DNA of 64,000 nt, from the NCBI GenBank assembly GCA_051294375.1, contig CM119269.1, forward strand, positions 17,408,265-17,472,264, in the 5' to 3' direction. The position numbers were made by a program, and so were the translations under genes. This DNA is from Paraspadella gotoi. Taxonomy: Eukaryota > Animalia > Chaetognatha. Under the pieces are notes generated by a model, which had not been told where the DNA came from, did not search any database, and saw only the letters and a program-made list of their open reading frames with translations. Shown piece by piece: positions 23,602 to 36,838 of the stretch (position 1 is the stretch's first letter; the number at the start of each line of letters is the position of its first letter).

Positions 23602-26600
23602 ATGCGTCTCAAGACTCTGACTTTGGATAAGATCGGATCTTGGGTGACGGATCTCTGTTTCGTCTTCTTACGATCCGAAGACTATTTTCAGAGCCTCGCC
23701 TCCGTTTCAGACTTTTTACGGGGCAATTTGCCGCTAAGTCTCTTGAACGACATTTGGCGCCATCTTCTTCACTCTTTCCTTCCGCTTGTCCATTCGTCGG
23801 CGCACGCGCGTGCAGTGCTCCGCGTCTTTCAGGGACGTGTTGGTCGCCACGAAGCTAACCCACCATCCCTTCCTAACTCGCCCGTCATCGTAACGAGACT
23901 GAATGATATCAACGACGCCGACATGGAGGCGCCGGAAAGCATGGAAGGAGTTCGGGGCCTCGAGTTGCTTAGAGGAGTTTGGACTCTCCAGTCGGGAAAG
24001 TTGTGGCCGCCGGACGAAGTGAACGATAACTCGGTGGAGAGCCCCGTCTTTCAGGATCTTAACTTTGAGTGGAGAAAAGAGGTTGTGGAGGAGGAGTCAC
24101 CGCAGTCGCCCTCGTCTTCCTCGTCGTCAAGGTAATATCCAGTGATTTTTAACGGTTTATCATAAATAATATCTTTTCCTCTATTTCAGTTCTTCTATCG
24201 ATCTCGACACGTCTGAATCTGAATCCGAAAAAGAGAGCGAAAACAAATCCGTCAAGTGCCGCGTGATGCTTCGCCCGTGCAAAGTTCGCTTTCCTGGTTA
24301 ATCAAGTGAAATAGGGATTTGAATTTACAACCGAAGTATCACAGTTCAAACTTGAATCTATTTCTTTCAGAGTCCTTAGAATTCCTTCACATTTCTTCCG
24401 GATTCGTCACCAATCTGCCCACCATGATTTCCAAGTGCCTCGCAGATTCTCCCTGTTTGAAAACGTTGTGCCTCACCGATATTCAGATTCAAGGTCGATT
24501 TAAGGGTTTATTTAATGTTGGAGCTTTTGTTTGTAACATCTCTTATCTTTTCTCAGACTGGTTTTTTCCATCTCTTCTCGGCTGGACCTCCTCACTTTCC
24601 GAGCTCCACCTCTTCCGCTGCCCGTCTTTTCGCGCCAATTCCCCCCCACCACTCTCTTCTCTTTCTTCTCTTCACTCCCTCACCTCCCTCTCTCTTCTCA
24701 GCTGCGACTGGTCGCTGGCCGCACTCCGCCTCCGATTCGCTCAGCTTGAGACCCTCGACCTCTCATGGGATCTGGTCACCAAAGTCACAGCGGATAAACT
24801 GCGTCGTAGCGGAGATTTGGCGCCGCCGCCCGATATCGCCGAGGCGCGGAGGGATTTAGTGAGGTTCGTCGAAATGAACATGGGACTGAGGTAAATATTT
24901 TTTTATTAGTTGAATAGATTTATATATTTCAATTAAGGAAAATTTAGGGAAGCAATCGGTGTTTGTGACTACTTTCTCCTCTTAAAGGTACATAGGATTG
25001 ATCAACCATCCCTTAAGTGAGCTGGAAGAAGTGGAGTCCGGTCGGTACGGGTCTCGACGTATTTGCGTTGGCGGCGCTGCATCGACGCCGCAAATGATAA
25101 CCGCCATAAAGGTGAGAGCTATATGCAGTTTTTATTCAGAATATAAGCTGTTGGGCAATGATTTTATGAATTTCTTCACCTGAATTTACATTGAAGACAA
25201 TCGACATTATGAGCATTAAGTAAACCGTGGAGTATTCCTTTTTCGTTTTTATTTTTTATAAAACATATTTTGCCTTCCCGTTTTTTTACTTTTGACACAG
25301 TACCACCGCGAAAATCAGCACGTCGGAAGTTGGGGCGGCATGGTTCGTCAACATTTGCTAAAATATTCGATGACGGATCGTTTCACTCTTACTGAACAGT
25401 GGGGCATGATGAAGAGAGTTTGGTCGTTTTCTGACCGTGACCTCCTGCTCTTCGTAGTCGGTAAACTCGACGGCATAGATGATGAACCTTTTTCTATAAG
25501 ATCCTTCTTCGGTTTTTACTCTTGAAAATATTTTTTAGGTGACAGGTATAAACGGTTAACTACTGATGAAGAGCGGAAAATGAAGATAGTGGCCAGAGTA
25601 TTGCGGCTCTGCCTGGTGCAGATGAGTCTCCAACCTCGCGGTTGTGGACACGACGTAAAAGTACGTATTCCACCGATATAATTCTCTAAAGTCACGTTCA
25701 GCGATAGAAACCCTCACTTTGTTCCAGCAAGCGCTCAACAACGCCAAGGGTTTCATCTTTGCTGCCGACTGCGTCGACAAGTCAATTTTGAACGAAATGT
25801 GGACCCGCCTTTTTGAAGATTTCGTCAAAGAGAAAGTCTCTTTGGCTTCGTTTGATTCGAGTCCACGAAAGGTCCGTTTCTCGTACTTCAGTCACTTTTA
25901 ACTTTTGTTTTCATGGGTCTTTTTTCTCTAAATTTCACCTCTTTTTCCTCGAGATATCTTCCCTAAGTTAATTTATCCCCAAATTTTTCAGGTCCATCTT
26001 TTCGTGGATTTCTTGAAACGGGCGACGATGTTGGTCTCAGCGAGTCCACGCGATCTCGGCTCTCTTCGTAGATCCTTGACTACCGCCTACTCACACTTGC
26101 TTCAGTCATCGGGTCTGCCCCAATGCGAACGTCCTTCCTCACGTTTGACTCCCGTCCTCCGGCGCCGTCCCTCCGCGGCCCCGATTCGTCGCCGGCAGTT
26201 CGACTACGAATCCCTCCTCCTGCTGTGGATGCTGTCGACCACGAGGACTTTCGGCGACTCCTTTATCGCCGACTTCCCCCTCGTACTCCCGGGTCTTCGC
26301 CGCCTCGTCCGCGCCAACGCCCCTTATCTCGACGGCGTAGATTCGCTGCTGCGACCCGGCGTCACCGTCAGCCTTCCCGACGGAGACGGGCTCGTGCCCG
26401 TTTTCGGAATAATTCTCACTCTTTTAATCAAGGTCTGGTGAGAGTTTGTTATGGTTTCCGTCCCTCTGAAGTTCGTGAACGATCTTAAAAATACCCAAGT
26501 GAAATTTGCGCTCTTTTCTTTCAGGTGCCTTCCTCGCCTTTTGTATTTTCGCTCGTCAAAGGAATTTTGCAACGATGTTGGAATTTGCTACAAGTGTCCG

Positions 26601-27033
26601 AAGTGTCGCCCCTTCTTTCTCTTTTATCTATCGGCATCTTAGCATTTACGGCGCCCGATTATATGAAGGCGAGAGAAAAAAAGGAAAAATTCCCAATAGA
26701 TATACAATTAGTTTTCTGAATTGACAAATTTCCCATCTCCCCGTCCAAAAGGATTCCGTCCCCGAGCGTGACTCCTTTTTTCGCGCCCGCCCGCGAGCCA
26801 ATGTCTTCCTCGATCACTGCCTTCGGGTGTGGAGTCTGCAACGAGGCGTCCGCACGGCCGCCAACCACATCGCTTTCGGTTTCCCCATCGTTGACGCCCT
26901 CCAGCCCTTCGTCGCCCTTCCGAGCGAAGACGTGGACGGGGTCGAATATCGCTGCCTCCGCTCGAGATTCGCCGAATTGGCCGTCAAAGTCTTCAGCCCG
27001 GGTTATGCACTCTACGCAGCCGAGGCTCGATGA
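23602..27033 (+). CDS. Uncharacterised multi-exon protein with LRR-like and helical/ARM-like segments (ZYG11/ZER1-like layout possible)
   Basis: A series of GC-rich + strand ORFs bounded by GT..AG, with LRR-like LKTLCL, LSELHL, LTSLSL and LETLDLS. Family assignment is weak. Confidence 0.55.
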
Positions 27034-27377
27034 CTTTTGTTTATCTCCGACGCATTTTTCTTTTGTTGTTTTTCGGGATTGTCTGCTCGTGAGAAGACGA
27101 TGCGAAGCGTGGACAGCTGCTCTGGGCTCGGGATCATTTCTCTTTTTGTCGCGATTATCTAGTCATTTTGATTTTTATAAAAGCAACAGTTTGCTTTGCT
27201 GTCTTAGCTCACAAAGCCATTTGATTTTATATGATTTTTGTTACTCAAAAAAAGCTCAATTTTACACATTTTACGTTTTTCACTCAAGGTTTTCTTTTGT
27301 CTCGTTAAAGTTTAGCAAAACTTATCGTTTTAAAATATTAAATAACCCTTGTTAAGACTCGAATAAAAAAAAGCGTC

Positions 27378-27996
27378 ATGGCTTCGAAGGACGAATTAGC
27401 TTGCATTTACGCCGCGTTGATCCTCCACGACGACGGCATCTCCATCACCGCCGACAAGATCAACACCTTGCTCAAGGCCGCCGGCGTGAGCGTCGAGCCT
27501 TATTGGCCCACGCTCTTCTCCAAGGTGAGGCAAGGAAAATATTAAAGCAGTGCATTAAGATCTTTTGGGTTCTCTTTGAGACTAGAAAAAGCTTAAAACT
27601 ACTTTACTTCCATTATCTGTGAAGGGCACTTTCAAATCATCTATATGAAATAATTTTTAGTTTTAAACCTCTTGTGTAATGTGTATTGATGAAATAACAA
27701 TGTAGATTGTTGTAAATTTGTTTTTAAATTAGATTAACTACCATTATTGTTCAAAAATTACTTCTTTCGCACCTCCCGTGTTCCCTTATCCCTATAAGGC
27801 TTTGGACGGCATGGACGTAGGATCTTTGCTCAGCAGCCTTGGATCGGCAGCATCAGCTGCCGCGCCGTCCGCTGCTCCCGCGGCAGGCGGCGCTTCTGCC
27901 TCTGCGGAAGAGAAGCCGGCGGCGGCGGCGGAGGAGAAGAAGGAAGAAAGCGAAGATTCCGAGGACGAAGACATGGGCTTCTCTTTGTTCGATTAA
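27378..27996 (+). CDS. RPLP1: 60S acidic ribosomal protein P1, 2 exons
   Basis: [19 protein letters not shown]...[13 protein letters not shown]...[21 protein letters not shown]. Confidence 0.97.
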
Positions 27997-28217
27997 AAAA
28001 AATTCAAGAGTTACTCAAAACTTCACTTTTAGAATTTTATATTTTACGTTTTTTCTTAAATATTAAGAAATATATTTTTGATAAATTTTCCCAGAAGTTT
28101 CAAATTTTGTTTTCTTTTTAGAGAGATTAGCGAAAAGAGAGTAGATTCAAATGGATCTCAAGCTCCAGCTCGAAAGAAAAAAATAACAACGGAAGACTTA
28201 ATTTTTAAAAAAACATA

Positions 28218-31200
28218 ATGGAGAGTAAAGTACTAGCCAAAGACTTGGACAAACTCGAAGCTTCTTTGCGCGAATGGAAACGGCGACTAAAGTCCCCGGC
28301 TTTCCTGTTTTCTGCCGAGGTGGAGAAAGGGCGCGGTTTGACGTCACTGATTCGCCGCATTGATGATTTGCGGGCGTGGGCAGCGAGCGCTGAGAAGGCG
28401 TCGCTACCCTCCGAAGCCGCGACCGCCAGCGACTTCTACGTCGATGTCTCCTCGTCGGTCGGGGCGTCAATGGTGGCTGGTGAGTCAACGTTGACGCAAT
28501 CAATGACGAACATGTTCGTTATTGCTTTAGTGTTCCAGTAAAGAGCTAATTTTCTGAATTGTTATACTCGAGCAAAGTTTTTGTAGAAAGGTTTATGAAT
28601 TCAATTTATTAGTTTTGCTTTTTCCTAATTTTTGTTCCATCTCATATTCTGCATTCTTTCCCCTCATCTTTGGTTGTTTTTGTTTTTTTATACTCCGCAA
28701 GAAAGTTCCGAGCTTCGTTCGATCCAACGTCGAATCACTTCGTTGTTGTTGTTATGCGTTCGCGTCGTCATAGATCTCGCGGGAAAAGCGTCTAACGAAA
28801 GACATTCGTCCCGGGCTCAAGACGGCAACGATTCCCGTGTAACAGGCGTGGCCAGCGTCTTGTTTCCGAAGGTGGAGGAGCGTCGTGAAGCCGTTGGCCT
28901 TTTATTTTTGGCTTTGGAAACATTCAAGTCCTCAGATTTTATGCCGGTGGGTCCCTGCTTCATCTAAAAAAGCCAATCTAACAATCTCAAATCATACTTA
29001 GCCCGTAAGAAAAGCTAATTAATTCCAACAGGCGTCTACTGTGTGCGAGGTAGAAATTAAATTATGTCGCTTCCTGCTTACAATTTTGGAAGATCCTTCT
29101 GCGTCGTCGGCCGCGCTGGAATGGCGCCGGGACATGGAGGCGGACGCGGCTCGAGAATCGAAGCGATGGCGCGCCACGGGAGTCGCGATTGAGGACGAAA
29201 ATAAATTCGGGTCTGGGTAATGCAGATTGAAGAATTGAAATGTTTGTGATCGTAAAAAAAATCCTACCTTTTGCGTAATTGTCAGAGAATCCTTCCCGAA
29301 ATATCCGGCACTACAAGTAGCTTCGTTGGTCTACGTTCAGATGGATGACTCGGTGTCGACATCATCTTTTCCCCCCTCGGTCTCCGCTCTTAAACTTATT
29401 AAGACACTGTTGTTTTTCCGAGGCTCGCCCATGGACCTCGGCTGGTTAGAGCTCCTAGGTGTTTACGCTAAGGTCGGTCTCGATTAAGAAAAAAAAATAC
29501 TCTACGTTTGACGGTTTGTTCATAAATTTTCGTACATTTTCGTCAAGATGCGCGAGAACCTCGGTGATCTTTCTTCGAAGCAGTTTCAAGTACGCGACAT
29601 TTTAGTAAAAGCAGTTTACGATTTTTCGTCTTTGGCTAAAGGCTGCACCGCTGGTGTCGCGATTGCCAACCGGTTTACGCCAATTCTGCGACAGTTTCTC
29701 GAGGAATGGCTGAAGAGGTACCTTTCTTTGTTTTGGCCTAAATGACAAAATTTTAAAAAATTTAATGGCGTTTCTTTTTTAAACAGAACGGTACCCAATA
29801 CCGACCTGCTCAGTCCCATGACACAAACGGAAAAGAATTGTTTCGGCGCCATTTTGAATCTTTCTTACGAAAGCGAAAGTCGCGTCACTATGGCAAACGG
29901 AGGTGCGTTGGAGATCTTGACCCGCCTTTTCCAACCTCTCTTAGCTGAAGGAGGGAAGTTAACGGGTCGAACTTCGGAAACCCTTGTGGATATTTTCCCG
30001 GTCGCGCTCAATTGTTTTGCCAGATTTTGCAAAGAATCCAGCACCAGGTTCATAACTGTTTTTGGCTGAGAATAAGTCATGGCCGGGCGCACTCAAATCG
30101 ATTCTCTTCTCCGATAGGTGGAAGATCGTAGAGGGCGGGAGTCTCGGAGTCCTTGCCGCTTTCCTCGCTCGTCGCGATCTCGTCGTCGAAAAGCTGCACC
30201 CGAAACTCCTCGAGGCAACGGCGTTCTTCATCTACGACGACGCAGCCTTTAACGCGTTACTCGACGCCGGAATTGTCGGCGCCGTCGTGGAGATGTTGCG
30301 GCTTAACTTTGGGTGGGAAGAAGATCCCTTCTTGGTCGAATTAAAGGTGTTAAGACCATTAAAAGAGGCACGAAAATTGTGAACTACGTCGCTCCCTTCT
30401 TCCTTACTTCAGCAATGGGAAAGCGTTGGGGGGAATTTTCGCGAGAAAGAGATTTCCTTGTTCCCCTTTGTCGTCGATTTGGAAGATGTGGAGGAAGATT
30501 CGAAATCGGACATGGGAAGAAACTGCGAAGACCTTTCTCGAAGCGGTCGCCCTCAGTATAGCATTCACAGTCCTTCTTACAAAGCCGAAGTTCTGCACCA
30601 CTCCATAGACGTTTCCACTCGTTCGCGAGGTTCGGGCGGAGACTTGCTCGACTCTTGGCCCTTGGGTGGATTGTCCCCGTCGGGTTGGTCTCCCCGGGCG
30701 CCTCTCTCAAGCCCCGAGTCGTCCTGGACGGCGTTTTCCTATTACAGGTTATTACAAAGTATTATTTTATATGCAAATACGTAAATAGTTGACATTCTGT
30801 TCGAACGCTTTTTTTCTGGGCAGTTCACCAGAAGGCTCTCCTGCCGAATGCGACGACGAAGTGTTTTCTTCCAATTCGCCGCCGCCTGGGATTCTGGGCG
30901 GACACAGAAGCTTCTCTCCCGTTCTAACCGTTGATCCGCTCTTGCCCGATGCAGTGGCCAATGAACCAAACGACGGTTTAGATTCGAAAGAATCGAAAAA
31001 ACGTTCCCCGTCGCTCGATGTTGCAAAGGATGTAAAGAAACGGAAACTCTTGTCGGACGACGATGCCTCCGATCGAGCAGGTTTCCCGAAAAAGGTCTTT
31101 CCGGACGGTCCTAGTTTACCTGAGCGGCCACCGCGAGCCGTGTCTCCCTCGTCTTCTCTCTCGTCTCTCTCGTCTTCCTTGTGCTCGTCGGCAGGAGCGT

Positions 31201-32666
31201 TGAATCGCGCCACCCGCGCCCGATCTTTGGCGTCGACGCCATCCGCTTCCGGTTCTTCCATCTCATCGTCGTCCCTCGAGAAAATTTTTCTTCTTCTCTC
31301 GCGAGTTTCGCATCTCGACGACCCGTCACCTCATCTGCTGGCGGTGGGGACAATATCCACGTTACTCCGGACCTTCGAGCGAACCGGACATCCGAGATGT
31401 GGAAGACTTTTGGAGAGGGTTTTCGGAAAGAAACGTTGCTTTGAGGAGATCATTGCGAGAGACGTAGTGGGTGGGTAATTTTGCCTTAGTTTGATTCAAA
31501 GATCAAATGAGTTAATTATTGCCTTCCTCTCAATCCAACACTGCAGTGCGTATCCTCCGCTATCTATGCCCAATGTATTTTCCATTTTCTTCGGGAAATG
31601 AAGCGCAAAACTCAATCTCTCTGCAACGTGATCCCAAAAGGGAGAAAGCTGCCACGAATTGGATTGCAGCAATCAAATCGGTTGCTTCGAGCTCATATGG
31701 AATTGGAACGTTAAAAAGTCTTATGGGTATGCACTATGCATAATGCAATATGCGAAAAACAAGGACCATGTTTAAGTCTAAACTTTAATTTCCTTTTTAT
31801 TTATTTTTTTTTTGTGGCCATAACGCTAAGGTTCTCGCCGACGTCCGTCTCTGAGACGCTCGGCGCTCGCGGCCTCGCTAGTCTTGCTCGACGACGACGT
31901 TGAAAAGCTCAAAGAGTTTTTTCAAATCTTTGTTCGAACCGAGAGGGAGAATCTAGAGGCGGAAACGATCGCTTCTCGCCAATGTGACGAATGGAAGTTT
32001 TTGTGTTTGGTTCTGATGCAACGTTTCCTCGCCAAAAAACTGAATCACGCCTGGTCGCTTGCGGCCGCCCGTTTGGAATTTTCGTGCTCTTCCGACTACG
32101 TCGGGCCCATTTTCGCAACGACCGACGAAACTGACGCCATCGAGAATGACTCTCCCGATGACGTCGTCGTCTTGACCTTCGCGAATGGGCCCGAAAGAAA
32201 AGTATTCCGCGAGGCGTTCCAGCGTCTTTCCCCCGTCTTCGCCGCCATGATGTCGTCGACAAACGCCTTCGCAGAGTCGGCTTCTAATCGCGTCGCTTTT
32301 CCTCAACTTGACTGTGATGATTTCGAGAGGCTCGTAAATCTGGCGATGGACGGGGAAGTCAAAGTGGGCCGTGGCGACGACGACGTAGCGGAAGGTCGTT
32401 TACGGTCCCTTGATGTGGAATTGTCTTCCGACCTCGCCGTCCTGAGCGCCAGTCATCAATATTTGATGCCCGACGTGACGCGACGAACGGTGCTGCGTTT
32501 GGCTAAAAGGCTTGCAATCCTATCAGGCGCCGACGATGTACGAATGTCTTTAACAGCGATGAATGCCGTGAAAAATTTTTACCAAACTGACGTCGAATCC
32601 GCGTTTGACGGTGTTGAGAAAGGCAAAGAGCTGTGCCGACTTCTGATCCACGCCTTTGGCTCATAA
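28218..32666 (+). CDS. Armadillo-repeat protein with C-terminal BTB domain (ARMC5-like), multi-exon
   Basis: ARM-like exons (AILNLSYESESRVTMANGGALEIL, KIVEGGSLGVL), a Ser-rich linker and a C-terminal BTB (DDVVVLTF...SPVFAAMM...FAES...SHQYLM). Confidence 0.7.
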
Positions 32667-32725
32667 TTTTGATTTCGGCCATTTTTTTCACCGTTTATCC
32701 ATTTTTTTTAGTGATTAACTATAAA

Positions 32726-35700
32726 ATGCCTAAAAACAAGGCGATGGTCAACATTTTACCTTCTTCCACCGACTCTTCCAAATATACAAAACGCCTTAAA
32801 TTGACAAATGTCGACTCTAATTCGTCCGTTCCTATCGTCAAAACGCCTAAGTCACCATTGAAGCAAGGCGCGACCCTTCAATTACATCTGTGGAAAACCC
32901 CAGAAAGGAAAGCGCATCACACAACTGTGTCGGGAACCCCGTTGACTTACCCATCTCCCAGTTTCGCTACTAAGGGGAAGCTTTGGAATCGCAAGCCGCC
33001 CCAGGTCTCTTTATTGGGGAAACCCTTAAAGCGACCCGGTTCTTTTACGGAGTTATCTTTCGCTAATAGACAACAGTCTCCTAACTTAGAGAACGGCTCA
33101 CCTCGCAAAGACAAGGGACACCAGAACCCGCCTTCCAACCCACCGAATCCCTGCCCGAAATCTACGGAAACTGCTCAGTGTCTGCCGTGTGGCGTCATCC
33201 TTAAGTTGAATAACAAATCCTTTCATAAACACCCAAAATTAAACATTGTTATTTGCAGCAAGTGCTACAAATTTTATTTTTCCGGTAAAATTGAGCAATG
33301 TATGTAGAGCGTAGTACGAAATTCTCCCTTTAATTTTCGATCCCGTCGAATTCAATCCCGTTAGGAGAATGGAAGCGCGACGGAGACGGACACTACATGC
33401 ACTGTCAGTGCTGCGCCGACGGCGGGAAGATCGTTTGCTGCAGCCGTTGTCCGGAGACCGCCTGCCGATCCTGCCTAAAGCGGCTCCTTGGACGGCGGCA
33501 ACTGGAATCCGCGCTTCACGAAGACTGGTTGTGCCTTGTTTGCAACCCGCAACCCTTGGCCGCCTACAAGTCCCTCGCCGATCGAGTCTTTGGTCGCTCG
33601 GATGCGGATGACGTCGTCGGGCCGAGGACGGTCGAAAATACCATCCTTCACTTAGAGACAAGTCTGACTACCTGGCGAAAAAGTATCTTAAAGATGAAAC
33701 GCCGCAACGCTGCCACCATCACCAAAGAACGCGAAGCATGCAGAACGCGCTCTCTCAAAGCAAATCTCGCCTCCCTGCTGCAAAACATGAAAGAGGTAGT
33801 CTCTGATGTGGAGAAGAATATTTTCGACGGAGGCTCCCCTCCCGAAAAAGGTATTTATGGGGGCTTCGGAAGACGTGTTTGTTTATTCCCGAAAACGATT
33901 GTGTAAAGTGTAGTAATGTAGTACATTTTGACAGGCGTAATTTAAATCAATTTTGGGCGGTACATAAATTTACGATGCTTTAAAGTTTCCACCGAGTTAT
34001 GATTCTCTTTGTTTTTAATCTTTGTGGATTTTACAGAAGGGTTCATATTATAAAATGAGGTACCCCTTTTTTGTGACCAGAATCTGTTCCCACCAAATTA
34101 CGCCCAAAATTTCATGAAATTTTACATAGTTCAATTTATATGGTCATAAGGACTATCTAAGCGAATTTTGATATTCAACCCATGACAAGAAATACAGGGC
34201 CCTGGGGCTGGACCCCTGGGGGGCCAAAAAAGGCTAAAAATTTTTCTTTTATTTATTAAAAGTTTTTAGTAGCATCAGGTTCATCGTAAACGATTACCAA
34301 AGAATTCAAATGTTTACTAAAGCAATGTTTATTTTAATTCAATTTTAGATTATTTGAAACGAGATAAAAGGAAAGGATTTTTTATTTCAAGTTTCAAGTC
34401 CAAACGTCGATGATATAAAAATCTTTTTTAAAACTAAAATTGATAAATTTTTTGCTAATTTATCGGTGTTTGAAGATGCATGGTTCATCGTTTTTCTCCC
34501 AATTTTCCCGAATTATTCCAAATCTGACTTGAACTGCTGATGATCATGAAGCTGAAACTTAAGGTAAATTAATATTTTTGTAGTAATAAATACGTTTTTG
34601 GAGAAGAGTAAACGACTGTGCAAATGTTCAAAACAAAAAATTTGTCCCTATGGGTGACCCCTCCTGGGGCCCATATCTCGGCTCAGGAGTCAAATATTAA
34701 AATTCGCCTCGATAGTTCTATTTTTATTCACAAAGGGATCGTTCATAACAAATTTCATTAAAATCTATTTGGTAGTTTTCTCGGAACGTTCTGGTCACAA
34801 AAAAAGGGTTACCCTGTGGCTGTATATTCACACCGCCTCACGTCCACCATCCTTCAGCCAAATCCATTGGCTCAGAGGGGGAACACACCATCCCAAGTGT
34901 AGTGTTCCTTCCACAGTCCTAACGACTTCCCTCTGCGTTGGCAAAGCGAGACCGTCCTAGGGTAACCGCGCCAGTGACTGGAGGCGTCACTGAGGGTCGG
35001 AAGCCCCCAAAGCCAACAGTGAGATGCCCCATCCCAATGGGCATCACAGGCAACCCGGCTGTTGCCATAACCCCATTTTATAATATGAAGCCTTATGTAA
35101 TGTAATTTTCATAATTTTTCATATGCTATTTCCTCCTTGCCTAATATTCATTCTCACTTCCACTTTCAGTGATCAAACTTATCTCAAACTCTTTCAAAAA
35201 AGCGGACGGGCCTCATCTCACCTCGCCTGACCTTCGCGGCTACTGGCTCCTCGGAGACTCCCAAGCCACGGAAGACGATTCGAGCGATTCCGGGGCCGAG
35301 GTTGAGTTGCCGACGATTAGGGTCGGCGCTGAATTTCAGGCAGTGATTCCAGATTTAGTCGAACGATCAAGTGAGTGAAAAATTAAAGATGTTAAAAAGG
35401 AATTCCATCTTATTTCATTTTTTATCTTATTTGTCTTCCTTCAATCTACTCCGCACCTGCGCTCGGCAGACGCTCGAATAGAACCGGAAAGAGAGGATCT
35501 TCTTGTTTGGAGTCCATCCCATCTTGCAGAATTGCGAGTGACGACTTTTCTTCTCGAGGCCGCCTCTCTCAACTCACCGCCTTATGGCGCTGTCAAGAGC
35601 ACCGAGGGCGTCGGGTTCGTCAAAGACAACGAGTGGGCGCTCTTCTTGCTGCTCAAGTCCGGATACGATCCTGCCCTTGCGCTCTCGGATCTCCTGCGAA

Positions 35701-36122
35701 GCCAGTCCGGTAACAGAGACGTTCGCAACGCGATTTCGTCGTCGTGTCTGCTTTCTTCGCCGGTCCGCGTGAGAGTCCCGTGTGGAGGAGGCTCTTTGAC
35801 CTCACTCACGGAGAAGAGGAGCTCGGGAAACGGCATCGAGACGCCGGTTGGTTCCTCCGCCGACGCCTCTGTTTCCGTCGCCAGATCTAACACCTCTTTC
35901 GGCCATCGTCTTCCGTGGACGGAATTGGAGGCCCAAAACTTCGAGTCCGGAGTTCGTTACTTCGGCAAAAACTTTGGCGCAATCAAACGCAGGCTGCTTC
36001 CCGGGCGCGGCGTCGCCGAAATCGTTCAGTTCTATTACCTGTGGAAACGGACGGAGAGGCGCGATCTTGTTTTTGGGATAGGGACTCGGATCCCGACCGT
36101 CTACGAGGCTGACGCCGACTGA
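32726..36122 (+). CDS. ATRX-type ADD zinc finger fused to ELM2 and SANT domains (MIER-like C-terminus)
   Basis: ADD: CLPC...HKHPKLNIVICSKCYKFYFSG|EWKRDGDGHYMHCQCCADGGKIVCCSRC...CRSC...WLCLVCNPQPL. Phase-compatible intron 33851-35169. ELM2: IRVGAEFQAVIP, LLVWSP. SANT: WTELEAQNFESGVRYFGKNF...IVQFYYLWKRTER. Confidence 0.8.
34059..34814. mobile_element. Non-autonomous TIR element (MITE-like) in an intron
   Basis: GGTACCCCTTTTTTGTGACCAGAA at the left end is the inverse of TTCTGGTCACAAAAAAAGGGTTACC at the right end. Imperfect inverted similarity continues about 150 bp inward, and there is no ORF. Confidence 0.75.
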
Positions 36123-36838
36123 TGGAAGTCATTCATTTGACAACCAAATTGGCTTAGTACCAACATTTTTGATTTTTTTCACCCGTCGAATGTGTTTTCT
36201 TTTTCGCTGATTTTTTTTTAAATCAAGCTCGACGATCGTAATTTTGTTATATCACACTTGATTATGGAAGAAAAAAATTTAATTAAAATCATTTCTATTC
36301 TCGATGCCTGATTACTATAATAAAAACTCGGACTAAGTCTTGATAGAAATCTACCTTATTGATGATTTAACGGCCTTCTTTCGGAAGTTTAGATGTTTTA
36401 TTTTCATTGACTATGTTTACTGTTATAGTTGATGTACGCGAGGTTCAAATTACGTAAGATTTTATTGAAAAAAATAGATATTCTTAAAATATTTTTGCCT
36501 TTTTTTGGAAGCAATTGTGGAGTTTTTGTTTTGATTTGAAGTCACAATTGACAAAGACTTGTTTTCTCGTTACTTGCTCATATTTTAACCTTTCCCCATC
36601 TAAGCTCCACTTTCGACCAATTTGCTTTTTTCGTTTTCCAAGCTTAAATTAAAATGTTCCCGTTACTGTCATTATCTTCATCTTTCGGAAGTGAATTGTT
36701 TTGCTCCGATGTTTTACAGCTCAATAGTCAATATTATGGCGGGCAGTTTACATCAGTTCAGTACTGTGCAAAAAAATCGCTAACTTTATTTCAGTCTTTA
36801 AAAATCACCATTTATACTTGAATTCTATCAACGGTATG

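Noticed and set aside
28151-28186. Upstream ATG as the start of the ARMC5-like gene
   Set aside because: It closes after 11 codons, so it is at most a uORF; 28218 opens the long frame.
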